The position numbers and the translations under genes are program-made. Below are positions 12,418-24,063 of a stretch of 64,000 bases of DNA, piece after piece; position 1 is the first letter of the stretch; the number at the start of each line of letters is the position of its first letter. This DNA is from Phoronis australis (taxonomy: Eukaryota; Animalia; Phoronida), in the NCBI GenBank assembly GCA_002633005.1, contig NMRA01000298.1, positions 171,887-235,886 on the forward strand, read 5' to 3'. Under the pieces are notes generated by a model, which saw only the letters and a program-made list of their open reading frames with translations, made no database searches and was not told the origin of the DNA.

Positions 12418-15400
12418 TAGTCGGTGGGCCAGATCTCATAACGTTCATCCTTGTGAGTAATTTGGGGGGCAACCTAGTTTTTTGTATGTGGCTAGATAAC
12501 ATGCCTATAAATCAAATTCCAAAAAGATCCCACGTCCCAACTTGCACATTTTTTTAAAAAAGGTGTTTTTGTTGTACGAAATATTATGCACATTCCTGTC
12601 ACTTGGGTGCGCTTTTCTATTGAATTGACCAATCAGAGAGCCAGATTGTTGAGTTGTGCATCGTTACTTCAATATGGCAGCTCCCATGGAGTGTGATGCC
12701 TGTATCATTCAAGGTTTATCAAACAGCACAAAATTGTGATGCCAGAACCTGAAAAAGCTTAGAGAAGCATCCTGATGAAAGCTGGTGGACTGTGGAACTC
12801 TGTAGATCATTTGATCTAAAAGAAGAAGAGGTGTCACAAACGTTTGTGCAGGAAACAGCTGCATGTCCTGGTATAGCCTATACACAGTATACTGCTGTAG
12901 AAGACCAAATGTCGGACAAAAAATTGAAAGGACATAGAAAGGCATAGCAACGTTTCAAGACACCAGCAGTAGTACTAAATCGGAAGCAACTGAAAGTAAT
13001 ACAGATGTTACCCAAAATTTCCCAAGAAAATCAATTAGATTTCCAATATCTGAAATTTTAACTTGAACAAGATAGGAACATTGTGAAACACGAGTATTAT
13101 CATTTGTTAGCAGGAAAAGTATATTATGGACCACAGTTCAAGAAAGAGAAAGAAGTAACAGCTTTATAGCTTTGAAAAACAGGAACGTGTTTTCAAAGGT
13201 ACATCATGGTGTTTTCCATGTGTGTTTCAGTATTATCACCAGTTGTTTTTTAACTTGTTCAGCCCCATGGCTGCCTATGCCTTAGACAATACCGCTGAGC
13301 CAGCAGAGGCGGTGATCATACCATAGGTACTCCATATGCCGGATGCTTTTCGGCAAATTATGCATCACACTGGTTAAACCATAAGTCATGTTGCAATAAG
13401 TTTAGAGGTACCGCCTAGAGAGATGCCTCTGAGGAGGCTGTTAATGTTTTCATTTGTTCCAAATTTATAAAAATACTCCTGAAATCCTGTTTTTTGAACA
13501 CTCCCTTGTTCAGTTGCCACATCGACACTGCTAGCGCCAGGGGATAATCATATTGCGTTATACTGTGGGTGTGATTTTAAGCACTTTAAGTCAAAAATTT
13601 TTGAGAAGGTTAAATGGATTAGACGGTTTCCATCAACATGCCCAAATGGCCATCATCCCATGCCGTAATCCTAGGATAGGGGGAGCCTCTTCTCATTTCT
13701 TGCACTGTTCATTTTGTCAAACGTTGGTTACCTTAAATGTAAATCGATTGACTAAGGTATGAGTATCTGATTTAAAAAAATAAATTTCAATCACTGCACT
13801 GGTATATGACTGGTATATCAACTAATCTAATTATTAGACGATCAACATTTTTAGGCTACAGATCAGATTGTATGTAGATTCGTTATTCTGGTGGTGCAGT
13901 TTCTCATGAGTCCGTGTGAATAATTTGCATGCCAACTCGCTCATAGTTCAATGTTAAATTAGTGTTAACAGTTTATTATTTTTTCAGTTGGACTTGTATC
14001 GCAAGCTACAGCTCAATCCAGAGCCCTGATTATGGAAATGAAATTCAAAGATAAAGACCTTGTGTCTTAGAAGCCAAGTACCACAGATCATCATGCTATA
14101 AAAAATAGAAACACAAAGATTGTGAAGAGTGACGAATCCACAGATTTCAGAGATGTTTTTCTACAGTTTTGTTCGGAGTTCACTGAATCAAAGCTTCTAA
14201 CACATGGAGATGTCATTTGCCTTTCAAAGCTAAAGCCAGATTTTAAAGCTGTTCTTCAGAAAGCTGGTGTGCATGAAGTTATTTGGACTGGCAATCTTAA
14301 GAAACGACTGTTGAAGCTACTCAATATTGTAGTTTGTGACCGACTAAGAGATACGAAAGTGAATTGAGGCTAGTGTTCAATAATTCACTTGCTGACTCTA
14401 ATTAACACAGCCGATTAAAACATATTTTGAATCAAGCGTTTGCCCAAATCCTGCCCGCCTCCAAACAACGACTCAGTGTTTGACCCTTCATTGCATGCGG
14501 ACCAATTACTAGGGTGCAGGGCTGTACCCTCTCTATTCGACCATAGTTGGCTCATTGGCGGTAGAGCTTTTCAGTTAAAATGTACTAAATGATGAACACT
14601 GCAAATACAAAAAAGAACATTTGTGCTTGGAAACTGAGTTTGTGCTGCAATGCTGGCTCATACTGTACAGAAATGTGCAGCTGTGACAACTGTAGTAACA
14701 TCAGCAACACTGACTGAATAACACTGGATAGTTGTTTGACAAGTCAACCCTAAATAGACATCCAACCTTGTAATTTTTTTATTAAAACGTGAATTTAATT
14801 TGTTGATTAAGTCATAGAAATTACTTACTTTGATCATTGTCATGTATTTGTCTCATACTGCTTGCTAAACGCTGTCAGAATAACCTATTATTTTCATACA
14901 ATCTCTGTGCACATTCACAGAGATCATTCGACTATGTTGTTTTTGTACTAATACATGTATGTATTTCTGGTGTATTATACAAACACCCGACAGTTTACAC
15001 CATTAGTCAATGGTTCAGTCATTGAGGCACAAATTTTGCCAAGTCTCAATTGTTATGTGTTATTTTTGTTGCCAGACAATGCCAGAATAACCTCCTCGTA
15101 ACGTTCAGACTTAGTTTGCATTTCTACCACTAGGTGTCAATTTAATTTTTTTAAATTTCACTGTTTAAAATCAGTCTACAATAGTAAAACGTGTAATGTG
15201 AATGTATTATTGTTTAGTACAATGACATCGATGGGACCATATTACTTGTTTTACAAAAAAGATAGCAAAAACTGTTGTTTTTACAAATATATATTCTCTA
15301 AGGTCATGGTGGTCATTACGCAACCTCAAACTCAAAATTCTCAAAAATTTGCAACTGTATATGTGGGAACATTTTAGATATGGAAAACACTCTAGTAAGT

Positions 15401-15497
15401 GAATTAAAAAACACCAAAATGGAATTCCCCCCCCCCCACCTAAAGTACTCGCAAAAAACATTTTCTAGAAGCCCTACAAATTCTGGCCCACCGCCTA
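12418..15497 (+). mobile_element. Internally deleted Academ-like DNA transposon (3080 bp)
   Basis: TIR TAGTCGGTGGGCCAGA / TCTGGCCCACCGCCTA with imperfect extension, TTA target duplication (12415-12417, 15498-15500), empty paralogous site near 57995-58012, and transposase relics DKDLV..EAKYHRS and VFLQFC...LKKRL at about 14040-14330. Confidence 0.75.
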
Positions 15498-15914
15498 TTA
15501 CCTCAGCATCATTGACCACACTACGACAGCATGGAAGTGTAGTGATCGGATTACAATGCATTGTACACCAGAAAGGGGGTTGCGTTGGATGATCAATTCT
15601 TTAAATTGGGCTAGCAATTTGATCAGACAAGAAGGTTTGTAGAACCTTAGCTGGAAGTCAAAATGCCTGAATAGTGCAGTCAGGAGTAGTTTTCACCCAC
15701 TAGACATGCACTTCATAGACCATAAATTTAACCAAATATTGAACCAGACAGGTAGCAGCGTAACTAACACCTTGTTTACAAATGTCTTAAGGCACCACCT
15801 CCTTTGATAGCAGGGACAAAATAAACATCCGTTTAGGTTCTGTTGAAAGGGCCGCGAAAATTTAGCAATTCTAAAATATTAAGACGTAAGACATAGCCCG
15901 TTTTGTATACTTAC

Positions 15915-16082
15915 CGAATGACCGCCTGAGGTCGTTTTCTTCGACGGTTATGGACGCCCCCACATTACTATCCAATCCACCCCATCCTGTGTGAGAATTG
16001 CGAACACCAAATCCAAAGCAAGCACCAACGTTTAATTTGACGACTATGTCTCCCGCCTGTTCCAAATCGCAAATCCCGTCGA
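15915..16082 (-). CDS. Gene A exon 5: end of CTHRC1-type domain 1
   Basis: 168 nt, phase 1 to 1: (V)DGICDLEQAGDIVVKLNVGACFGFGVRNSHTGWGGLDSNVGASITVEENDLRRSF, compare CTHRC1 VEGLCEGIGAG...VGTC...STGWNSVSRIIIEEL. Confidence 0.9.
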
Positions 16083-16380
16083 CTAGAATGACAGTCAGAA
16101 CTTCTATGACCACTGATGTGACACAGCTTGGAAAGTTGTACTTACACCGTGATTGAATAATACACGTATTTAATTGAACTACATGTAACTATGTATTGAC
16201 CTCAGGAATAGCATTCCACTACAAAGATCTCTGAAGTACGTTGATAAGTCGTGATTTTAAAAATTTGCGTCATTATGAGACAATTCAAAAGCTCACAGTT
16301 CTGTGGAAATTCCGTTGAAAGATGTGCTGGCTTCTATCTAGTATGTTGCTTTGTCACGAATTAAGTGTGTTTTGTTACTT

Positions 16381-16629
16381 TTTTATTTTTTTAATTGCAG
16401 GCGGTATGATACATGTGTACACGTTGTACCAGACGTGCGCAGGCCTCGCATGTGGTCCCATTGTACTGATCACCTTGAAATATTTTTATGCTTTATTGAT
16501 ATATAGTTAAAACCGAGCTGAGGAGCTAGAAGCCTGGCTTAAGGGTTTAGCAGTGTGACCTGGTGGGACTAGAACCCACGACCTTGAGTAAAGAAAGTGG
16601 GCACTTATCAACCAGGCCACACTGCCTCC
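16381..16629 (-). mobile_element. tRNA-derived SINE with 10-bp TSD
   Basis: A box TGGCCTGGTTG, B box GGTTCTAGTCC, A-rich tail, TSD TTTGTTACTT at 16371-16380 and 16630-16639. Absent from the paralogous site near 58875. Confidence 0.8.
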
Positions 16630-17999
16630 TTTGTTACTTGGTGAAATGACACTTCTCCAAGTATTTTGATTTTTCATATTTGTTGCTTTGTTTTGTTTTT
16701 TTTTGTTTCCATACTGCAGAACTTAATTTTTATTGGGTCAACGTGAAATTTGCCCACAAGATTTGTCTTGAAAATGGCTTGAGCTTATTTTTTGGATGAA
16801 ATCGGATACAATATGGCACTCAGTTTTGATTCTGGGTGACATAGGTGTTGGGAATTTTAAGATCTTTTTCTTTCAATACATCATTCCAAAGGCTGTTACA
16901 AATGTGACATTTTTTCTCTAGGTCTTGCCGTTCTCGAGATTTTCCGAGCACAGATCTCCAGTTAACTTAGTTTTTGTGCAGTGCACGTATGTTTGGCGAC
17001 CCTTGACGGATCTGTCTGATATTTGATATTCGGATAACGGTAGATCTTTTCATTCGCGCTGTGAATCCCGTCTCTTGAAACGACTGATCGTTGTTGCGAT
17101 ATTCTAGATATGCATGTACTTGTCAAATGACTGCTGTTTTGCTGACGACACGTTTGTAGCGGGACATCGTTACCATTTAAGATAGAGATCGCATTTTTCA
17201 TGCTGATCGACAACAACTTCCCGACAGTCTTTATTTATTCAGTAGTATTTTTGTTCTTGGACGAAATCAGATACAAGACAGCACTGTGCCGGAGATTTTT
17301 CGATTTTACTTTGCAGAGCTTTAGTCCCGCACACCTTTGACCCAACCTTTTCAAATTAGAAATCCAAGCATACATGCATCTCATCAAGGGCTATCTAATA
17401 CCTAATACACCGCTAATTTTTTATTAGATATACCAAGTGTCACTTTTCAGAGCGTTTTCACTTGTTTGTCCATACCTATCCGGTTGCATTCCAGAGTCTG
17501 TTTTGTCTGCCGCAGGCTTTTTATTAATCAATAGTATGTTCTAAAATTAGCCAGAAACTTTAAAATCAACGCATTAGTAAATAGCAACATATTGATCGAC
17601 GTTTCGGTTTATTGTCCTTAAACCATTAACAAGACAACAGACAATGTTTTTGATGGTATTTGCTCAGATATCTGTGCCGGTCGATCACCAATCTACGGCC
17701 TCGGGGTCTTAAAGATCTGTGTGAGCAACTGTTGTCGACCGAGCGGTTTTTCTCCAACAAATGTAATTCTACCCTTTCATAACCTCTATTTTTAGAGATA
17801 TTTCTCAACATAAAGATCCATATTGTCAGACAACATAAAAACATTGCTTCGTCAATTGCAGCTTGCATGCTTACATGTATGTCTCGTACCCACAAGCCCA
17901 TTTTTATGTCTTTCTGGACATGCGCAAAAGCAATGTAAATAACACTATGTGCAAGAAACAGGCATTTCCACGCTCACCCATTCTTAAAATAGCACTCAC

Positions 18000-18198
18000 C
18001 TTGGGCGGGACGATAATCATTCCTTGACGTGCCTTTATACCATGCTATCTCTATTTTTCCTGGAGAGGCACACTCTTGGTCGTTAAAGGTAAAGAACCAT
18101 CGGGAGCAACATCCGCGGCAGTTGTAACTTGAGCGAACGACGCCGCGAAACCTCACTCTCAACGAAGTGTAAGAGTACTGCTTCTTGTAGACCTTTGT
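18000..18198 (-). CDS. Gene A exon 4: core of CTHRC1-type domain 1
   Basis: 199 nt, phase 0 to 1: TKVYKKQYSYTSLRVRFRGVVRSSYNCRGCCSRWFFTFNDQECASPGKIE... aligns by eye to vertebrate CTHRC1 [39 protein letters not shown]. Confidence 0.92.
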
Positions 18199-18415
18199 CT
18201 GAAACAGTGCAGCATTTTTTTTGAAACTGGGAATTACGTGTATAATTACAAAACTTGTTCTACCTCCAGAGCAAAGAATTCTGGGACCTAAGCACTCAAG
18301 CAAAAATTAGTCATTCCGAATCAAATATAAACGAAGCATCGAAATTGGTTCGCGTATCCCAAGTTTCACACTCACTAAAGAATTACTAGATGTTTCTTTC
18401 AGAAGTCAAACTTAC

Positions 18416-18528
18416 CATTAGATTTCCGTTGTCAGTTCCGCTGTTGTAGTTGGTGTAATAATAGTGTCGGATATTTGCAACCGGAATTTCATCACATTCT
18501 TTGAAGGGGGCTGTGTTTGAGAAGAGAA
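18416..18528 (-). CDS. Gene A exon 3: linker plus start of CTHRC1-type domain 1
   Basis: AG/GTAAG, 113 nt, phase 1 to 0: (V)LFSNTAPFKECDEIPVANIRHYYYTNYNSGTDNGNLM. Paralog of identical length at 62831-62943. Confidence 0.9.
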
Positions 18529-18788
18529 CTATTAGTGAATGACATTGGTTGACCTCCCACGAAATCATTTGACAGTGTTATGCGTGCGAACTGACGAATC
18601 TAGAATACTGAAAGCGCAAGGGGAGCCCAACTTCACATCATTTTTAAAATGTGTGTCCTAATTATTCGTTTATTTAACCAAGAGAGAAGTACCTTGAAAC
18701 CCAACTAGACGACACATTTACATCTAAGCTAGTAGCCAGAGTTTATTTCATCGAAGACGCGTGCTATTAATTTTAACTGCCATTTCAT

Positions 18789-21316
18789 GAGAGCACCAGA
18801 AGTTCGACTTCGGGGTCACTGACTCAAATCTCGAAAAAATGCTTGTATATACAGTACATCCCGGTGGGATAAGTTTAAAATGATTATTTGAATTTTTGGG
18901 AAATTATTTATTTTTAAATTATATTTTGGCCCAAAATAACTATTTTTGGTTCAAAACGTTTCAGTTACTAAAGTTCTTTTAAAACGGTTTGAAAGAACAA
19001 GAACGAAAAAAGTGTTTCAACGATTTTGTAGACATTGAACCTCTCCAACAGAAGACAGTCTTTGAATTTCCAAAGGGATTTCTGTTAGCCTTCAATAGAA
19101 CATCAAATTTCGGTAGTTTTTGCCCAATTTTTTGTCTGATTTTGAGGTGCTCAGGTTGGTAGTTATTTCCGATGGTATGTTCAGTGTCTGACTAAGAAAT
19201 GAATGTCATCTTTCGATTTGTTTTCATGCAACAGCCGAAAGAAAAACATAGCATCGCGTATTTTACGGTGCTTGACTGCGGGAAGTATGTAGCTGTATCT
19301 CGTAAACCTCATAAAGCGGCTTTGTTATTTTTTTTCAAATAACGTACATGTATTGATGGTGACCAGATCAGTGGACGTCAACTTGTAGATACTTTGCCTA
19401 CCTCTGGCCCCTGGTGGCAGTTTGTATACCTAATTTTCTTTGCTGAAAAATCATGAAACTTGGCCAAAATGTTTCCATTGATGAAACAATGGCACATGCT
19501 TCATTGAGAATGACGTTTCAGTATTAATCAAATTCCGTTACGATATATTTTGTTATCTGTCTAGTATTGTACCTTAGGGTGACTTTTGATTAATATCGAA
19601 ACAATGTTTTCATGCTGCACACTAACGTCGTTTATTGTTTTCCACTTCTTACTTCTAATTTAGCCAAAAACTAAGAGTATTTACACGCATAATTTCAAAT
19701 GAGACTAACCTAAAATGATCCTAACAGCTTTTTACCACAGAAAGTAACTTTGAGTGTGCTTTGGACGTTTTCAGCAATACAGGGAGAACCAAGCTGCCTC
19801 ACGTTAGGTCGTTAGGTACATGTATGAAAGTACATGTAGACATACATTATACCATGGCGACTGAATACCATAAAAGTTTTCGTCTTTAAACTAGAAACAT
19901 TGACTAGCGTGATAATAAATAATACGAACTTTGACTCAGATGGATTCGAATAAGCTTCCCACTTCACAAAAGTGAAAAAAATAAGATTTTTCACTTTTTG
20001 CTGCTTTGATATAATTTGAAGTAGAAAGTAACTAATTAAAAAACATGAATGAAGAACGCATTTAGTGCATAGGATTCAGAAAAGTATGTGTCCTGTTCTG
20101 ACACATAACCGTACCTTGAACAGAAGTTGACTTTCAAATAAAAAACGAATACGGAACATTTTCAACTGAATTCATCAGAATGATAGGTCAATTGAATGAC
20201 AATTCACATTTAAATAATTAGAAGATACACAATATTATGTCACAAGCACAGTAAAACTTCACAAAACTGCTTTTTGTAGCAGTGTGTCTGCAAATGTATT
20301 ATACTTAAATCTTCGTTGGTGGCAATGTATTGTAACCGGTTAAATATGCCTTTCAATTCAAAACAGTGGCAATGTTTTCGTACGTGAAGTGCGAGCACTT
20401 TAACTCCTTAATTCAATAAGTTACACCTGCGGGATTAAATTCTGGCGTAAATTCTTGGGTTGTACTTAAATATATCTATTTCGAAAATTTACTGCTAGAT
20501 TATCAGTTTTGTAAAATATTGTTTTTAGAACTTTAAATTCGTAACAACCACAAGATGGCCGACCCAACCAATAAAAAGTCAAAATGTTACACAAAATAAC
20601 AATAACTTTTGAATGCACCATGTGATTTTCATAAGTTTTTTATTTTTTTATTTCAAACATCGATGAATTTTCGATGATGCGGGCATTTTTCTTAAAAGTG
20701 AAAAAATAGTTTTCGGCTCGACCGCTTCTTACGATTTTGAACTCTTAATTCAAAAGCATTTTTTGTAAATAAAAGCTAAATTGCCTTGAAACATTGCACA
20801 AATCGAAATATTTTTTTTTTAAAAATCAAATGAATTATTCATGTTAGCTGAAAAACGTCTCTAATTTCGTAAACCGTTTTGGGAATTGGCACAATTCAAA
20901 TATGTCATCACTTGTGCCAGTGTAAAACTGCGTTACGGTCAGTTATGAACGGTGAGTTGGGGGAGTGGTAATATGGACATGTCAGACAGCATTATGGTCC
21001 CTAAATTGTTGCTATCCTTCTTGAAAGCATTTTAAATGTAACGAAGTTACAATAACCTTATTTTAAAAATGTTGGATACGCAAAACTGGGTCGATTTTAG
21101 AACAAAAAGGGAACAAAACCCATACAAGATATACTTCAAATCTGGTTACATATCCAAGATCTATCAAAAAACATAAAATTCATTGTCCACATCCCCGCCA
21201 ACTGGTTGTAGAAGTACTTGAGGAACACCCACTTCAACACTTCAAGAACGGGCTTACGGATTTACCTCCCCTGGATGCAACGAAATAACTAATATCAATT
21301 TTAGTTGGTAGCTCTC
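18789..21316. mobile_element. Possible non-autonomous DNA transposon with short TIRs
   Basis: GAGAGCACCA at 18789 and TGGTAGCTCTC ending 21316 are near-inverted, flanked by AT. No coding relic recognised. Confidence 0.3.
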
Positions 21317-22163
21317 ATGCCCCAGTTCCTAATCTCATTATGTGTTTTCTCTCATTGCATGCAATCCACCTGTTATTATATTAGAAACCGCTGTTTTTGT
21401 TGAGAACAAACGTTTCGTTTTCTTCAAACAAATTTGACGCCCTACTGGTAAAAAAGTAAGATACCAATGAGTGCAAAATTGGCGTTTTTTTGTGTCAGAG
21501 CCACACAATAATCACATACAGAAACTTAAGCTGAATCTGGAAGATAGCCTCATGAGAGATTTATTTTCATTTCTTTTTATTTTCTCTTGGAATTGCTCTT
21601 AAGAGTGACTTGTAAAAACCAATAGGTAACGTCTGTCCAGTGTACCCAAAATCACAAGTTTTTTGAGACTTCTAATTAGCACATGAGTTTGGTTTGTTTT
21701 TTCTTAAGAATTTTAATCAATTATTTCCCTTTTCATGACATGTGCCTCCATTTTGCAACAATATTAGGCTTCGAAATATAAAAGATTTCTTTTGATTTTC
21801 TCGTGGAATAGCTCTTAAAGACTGCCGCATGTCCAGTAAAACAACCAGTAGTGTCGGGCGATTTCGTAAGGCCGTGCAGTACCGAGTAGGAATTATCCAA
21901 GATTTTGCCAGTGTCTCCCAAATATATATTATATCTTTTAGTTAATCAGAGGCCGAAGTTAGTTAAAAAATTTCGAAGAACAAGTTACATGTAGCCACAA
22001 GTCTTGGCAACGCTTGCAAAGGTATTTCCCAGATATCGCCATGCATTAAAGTCAAATCACTTGATCTAACCAAGTTTCACTCTCGAATACCTTGCATTGA
22101 AGACCGAACCGAGGACGTTGCGTCGGAAAATGTTCCTTGCGTTTAATATAAACTCCATCTTAC

Positions 22164-22275
22164 CCACACAGATTCCGACGTTGTTAGTACAGTCTTTCAT
22201 ACAAGTCTGATCTCCACCCACGCAGTTGGCGTTCGTGCACTCGCTGCTGGTGTCCTCTTTGTTGTTGGTGTTGCC
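22164..22275 (-). CDS. Gene A exon 2: Cys-rich EGF-like module
   Basis: tttcAG acceptor, G|GTAAG donor, 112 nt, phase 0 to 1: GNTNNKEDTSSECTNANCVGGDQTCMKDCTNNVGICV. Not in the ORF track. Confidence 0.75.
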
Positions 22276-23506
22276 CTGAAAACAAGAAAGGCTTTCGTCT
22301 ACAATTTACGTCGCTATCGAAAAGGTTTCTAAAGAATTTTTAATGCAAATTATCTAATTTCAGTCACTTATTACCCCTTTTCCGTGATTTTATCACTCAG
22401 CTTGACTTAGTGTTCTATGTGTTGCCACTACGGACACAACACAAATTAAAAACCTGTTGTGTTCTATTCTTGGGGGACATTTTGCGACGACAGTTGTGAT
22501 TGAATCTCACACATCGTCCTAGATCCAACGCCATACAAGAGCATGGAAGATCTCTGCAAAACCAAAGAAGAAATTTCCCAATGGTCTGTACAAAGCTCCT
22601 TCACAATGAAGAGCGGTAGCAACTTAAGTTGGCCTGGTGGGTTTGTCTTCGGCAGTTTTACTCACACTAGACTGGTGCAATCAAGTCTGATACAGATCAG
22701 AGTTCACATAAGGGGCCTTCGACGGCAACAACTCAAAAGTAATTTTCTTCCTTAACGGTGAACAGAATTTCCCGCGGCTGGTCAGATTCATTATGTTTAT
22801 TACAATTATTGTGTAATGAAGTGGTGGTGATTTGAAACCGGATGTTTGATGTCAGCAGCATAAGTATTGTACATAAAAATGCCAAAATATAGAGGCAGCA
22901 TCTGGGTTGACGGCCACGCTGCACGAGATTTCCTCAAGGTATTGTACTTGCACTGAGTGCTTGGAGTCTGGGACAACTAATCCAGTACCACCGATAATGA
23001 AAACTCTCGTAGTTGTACATTCTTATTGTGTTACATGATCCCTGACCTTGGATTCAGTAATGAAATTAACGTTTTTTTCTTAAATTAGTGTTGATGACGG
23101 AATACTTTTATACGGACCATCTCTTTCATACTAACTCTGGTACAAATTCATTTACTCCTATAAACAATTTTCGAAAAGCTGTTGCGTCATTCATACATTT
23201 CGGCGAAAATTAATGACCACTGTCACCAAAGTAGTGGGCTGAACCAATAAACAAACAGAAAAGGATAACAGAAGGTGAGCTCTGCAACTAGACAGGTACT
23301 GAAATGGTCTGGCGATCAGTCGGTAATTGTATGTCAAAAGATTACCTCAAGTGCTTTGGTAACGCCTACCCTCTCCCATGTTACTAATTTATTAAATTTA
23401 TGCAAACACGACAACAACGTACAATGAGTCACACGTTCGGAACTAGATTTCCAGCAATTTATGTGTTTATTTCAAGACCGAAATAATCCTGATATGTATC
23501 ACGTAC

Positions 23507-23902
23507 TTTGGCTGATTCAAACTTGCCAACTTTAATGCTGCTTCTGATGTTTCAGCCTCGGGTTAGCTTCGTCCTCATGACTACATCTGGTGGTAGCTTT
23601 CCTGGGAGACGTAACACCTTTGCTTACATTTGTAATTTCTTCCTAATAAGCCGGAATGCAAGCTGGATTACCCCTGCAGTACAACACGCATTCTATTTGG
23701 TTTCTAATGCCACACCTTTTCCCAAAGAGTGATGGTGAAAACGAACCAGATATATGAGGCGTAGTAGCACTGAATCTATGCCTTAACGCTGAGCACTTAC
23801 AGTGTATGTGTCGATTGTTCCGGCAAATAATGTTTCGAACCCGCAAACAAATCAGATGACAATATCTGCCAAAGCAAGTAATACGATGTTACGTTTCTTT
23901 AT
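23507..23902 (-). pseudogene. Decayed paralogous copy of exon 1 (signal peptide plus PAN/Apple)
   Basis: ETLFAGTIDT...ISGSFSPSLFGKRCGIRNQIECVLYCRGNPAC...CYVSQESYHQM aligns to 32858-33226. No ATG at the equivalent start, several stops and at least two frameshifts. Confidence 0.82.
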
Positions 23903-24063
23903 CTTACTGAAACTAAAGCCCAATGTTTGTTGCAATGTTCCTATAGAATGCCTAAGTGACATGTCGGTCAATTTGTTTGGCTTAATATATTTCACACAAC
24001 GCCGTTATCGGTGTCCTATTATTATAATGATTGTTACTGTTATTGTTAATTGTATTATCATCA

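Larger units (their letters stand above)
1..18760. repeat. Segmental duplication copy A, paralogous to about 49370-63930
   Basis: Collinear exons 3-8 plus recognisably alignable introns (1-440 with 49370-49790, 8350-8830 with 50940-51480, 11620-12410 with 57230-58000, 16080-16380 with 58590-58880), interrupted by copy-specific insertions. Confidence 0.9.

Noticed and set aside
16525-16629. tRNA genes here and at 43700-43814
   Set aside because: A and B boxes are present but there is no proper cloverleaf; the first has a tail and TSD, so both are called SINEs.
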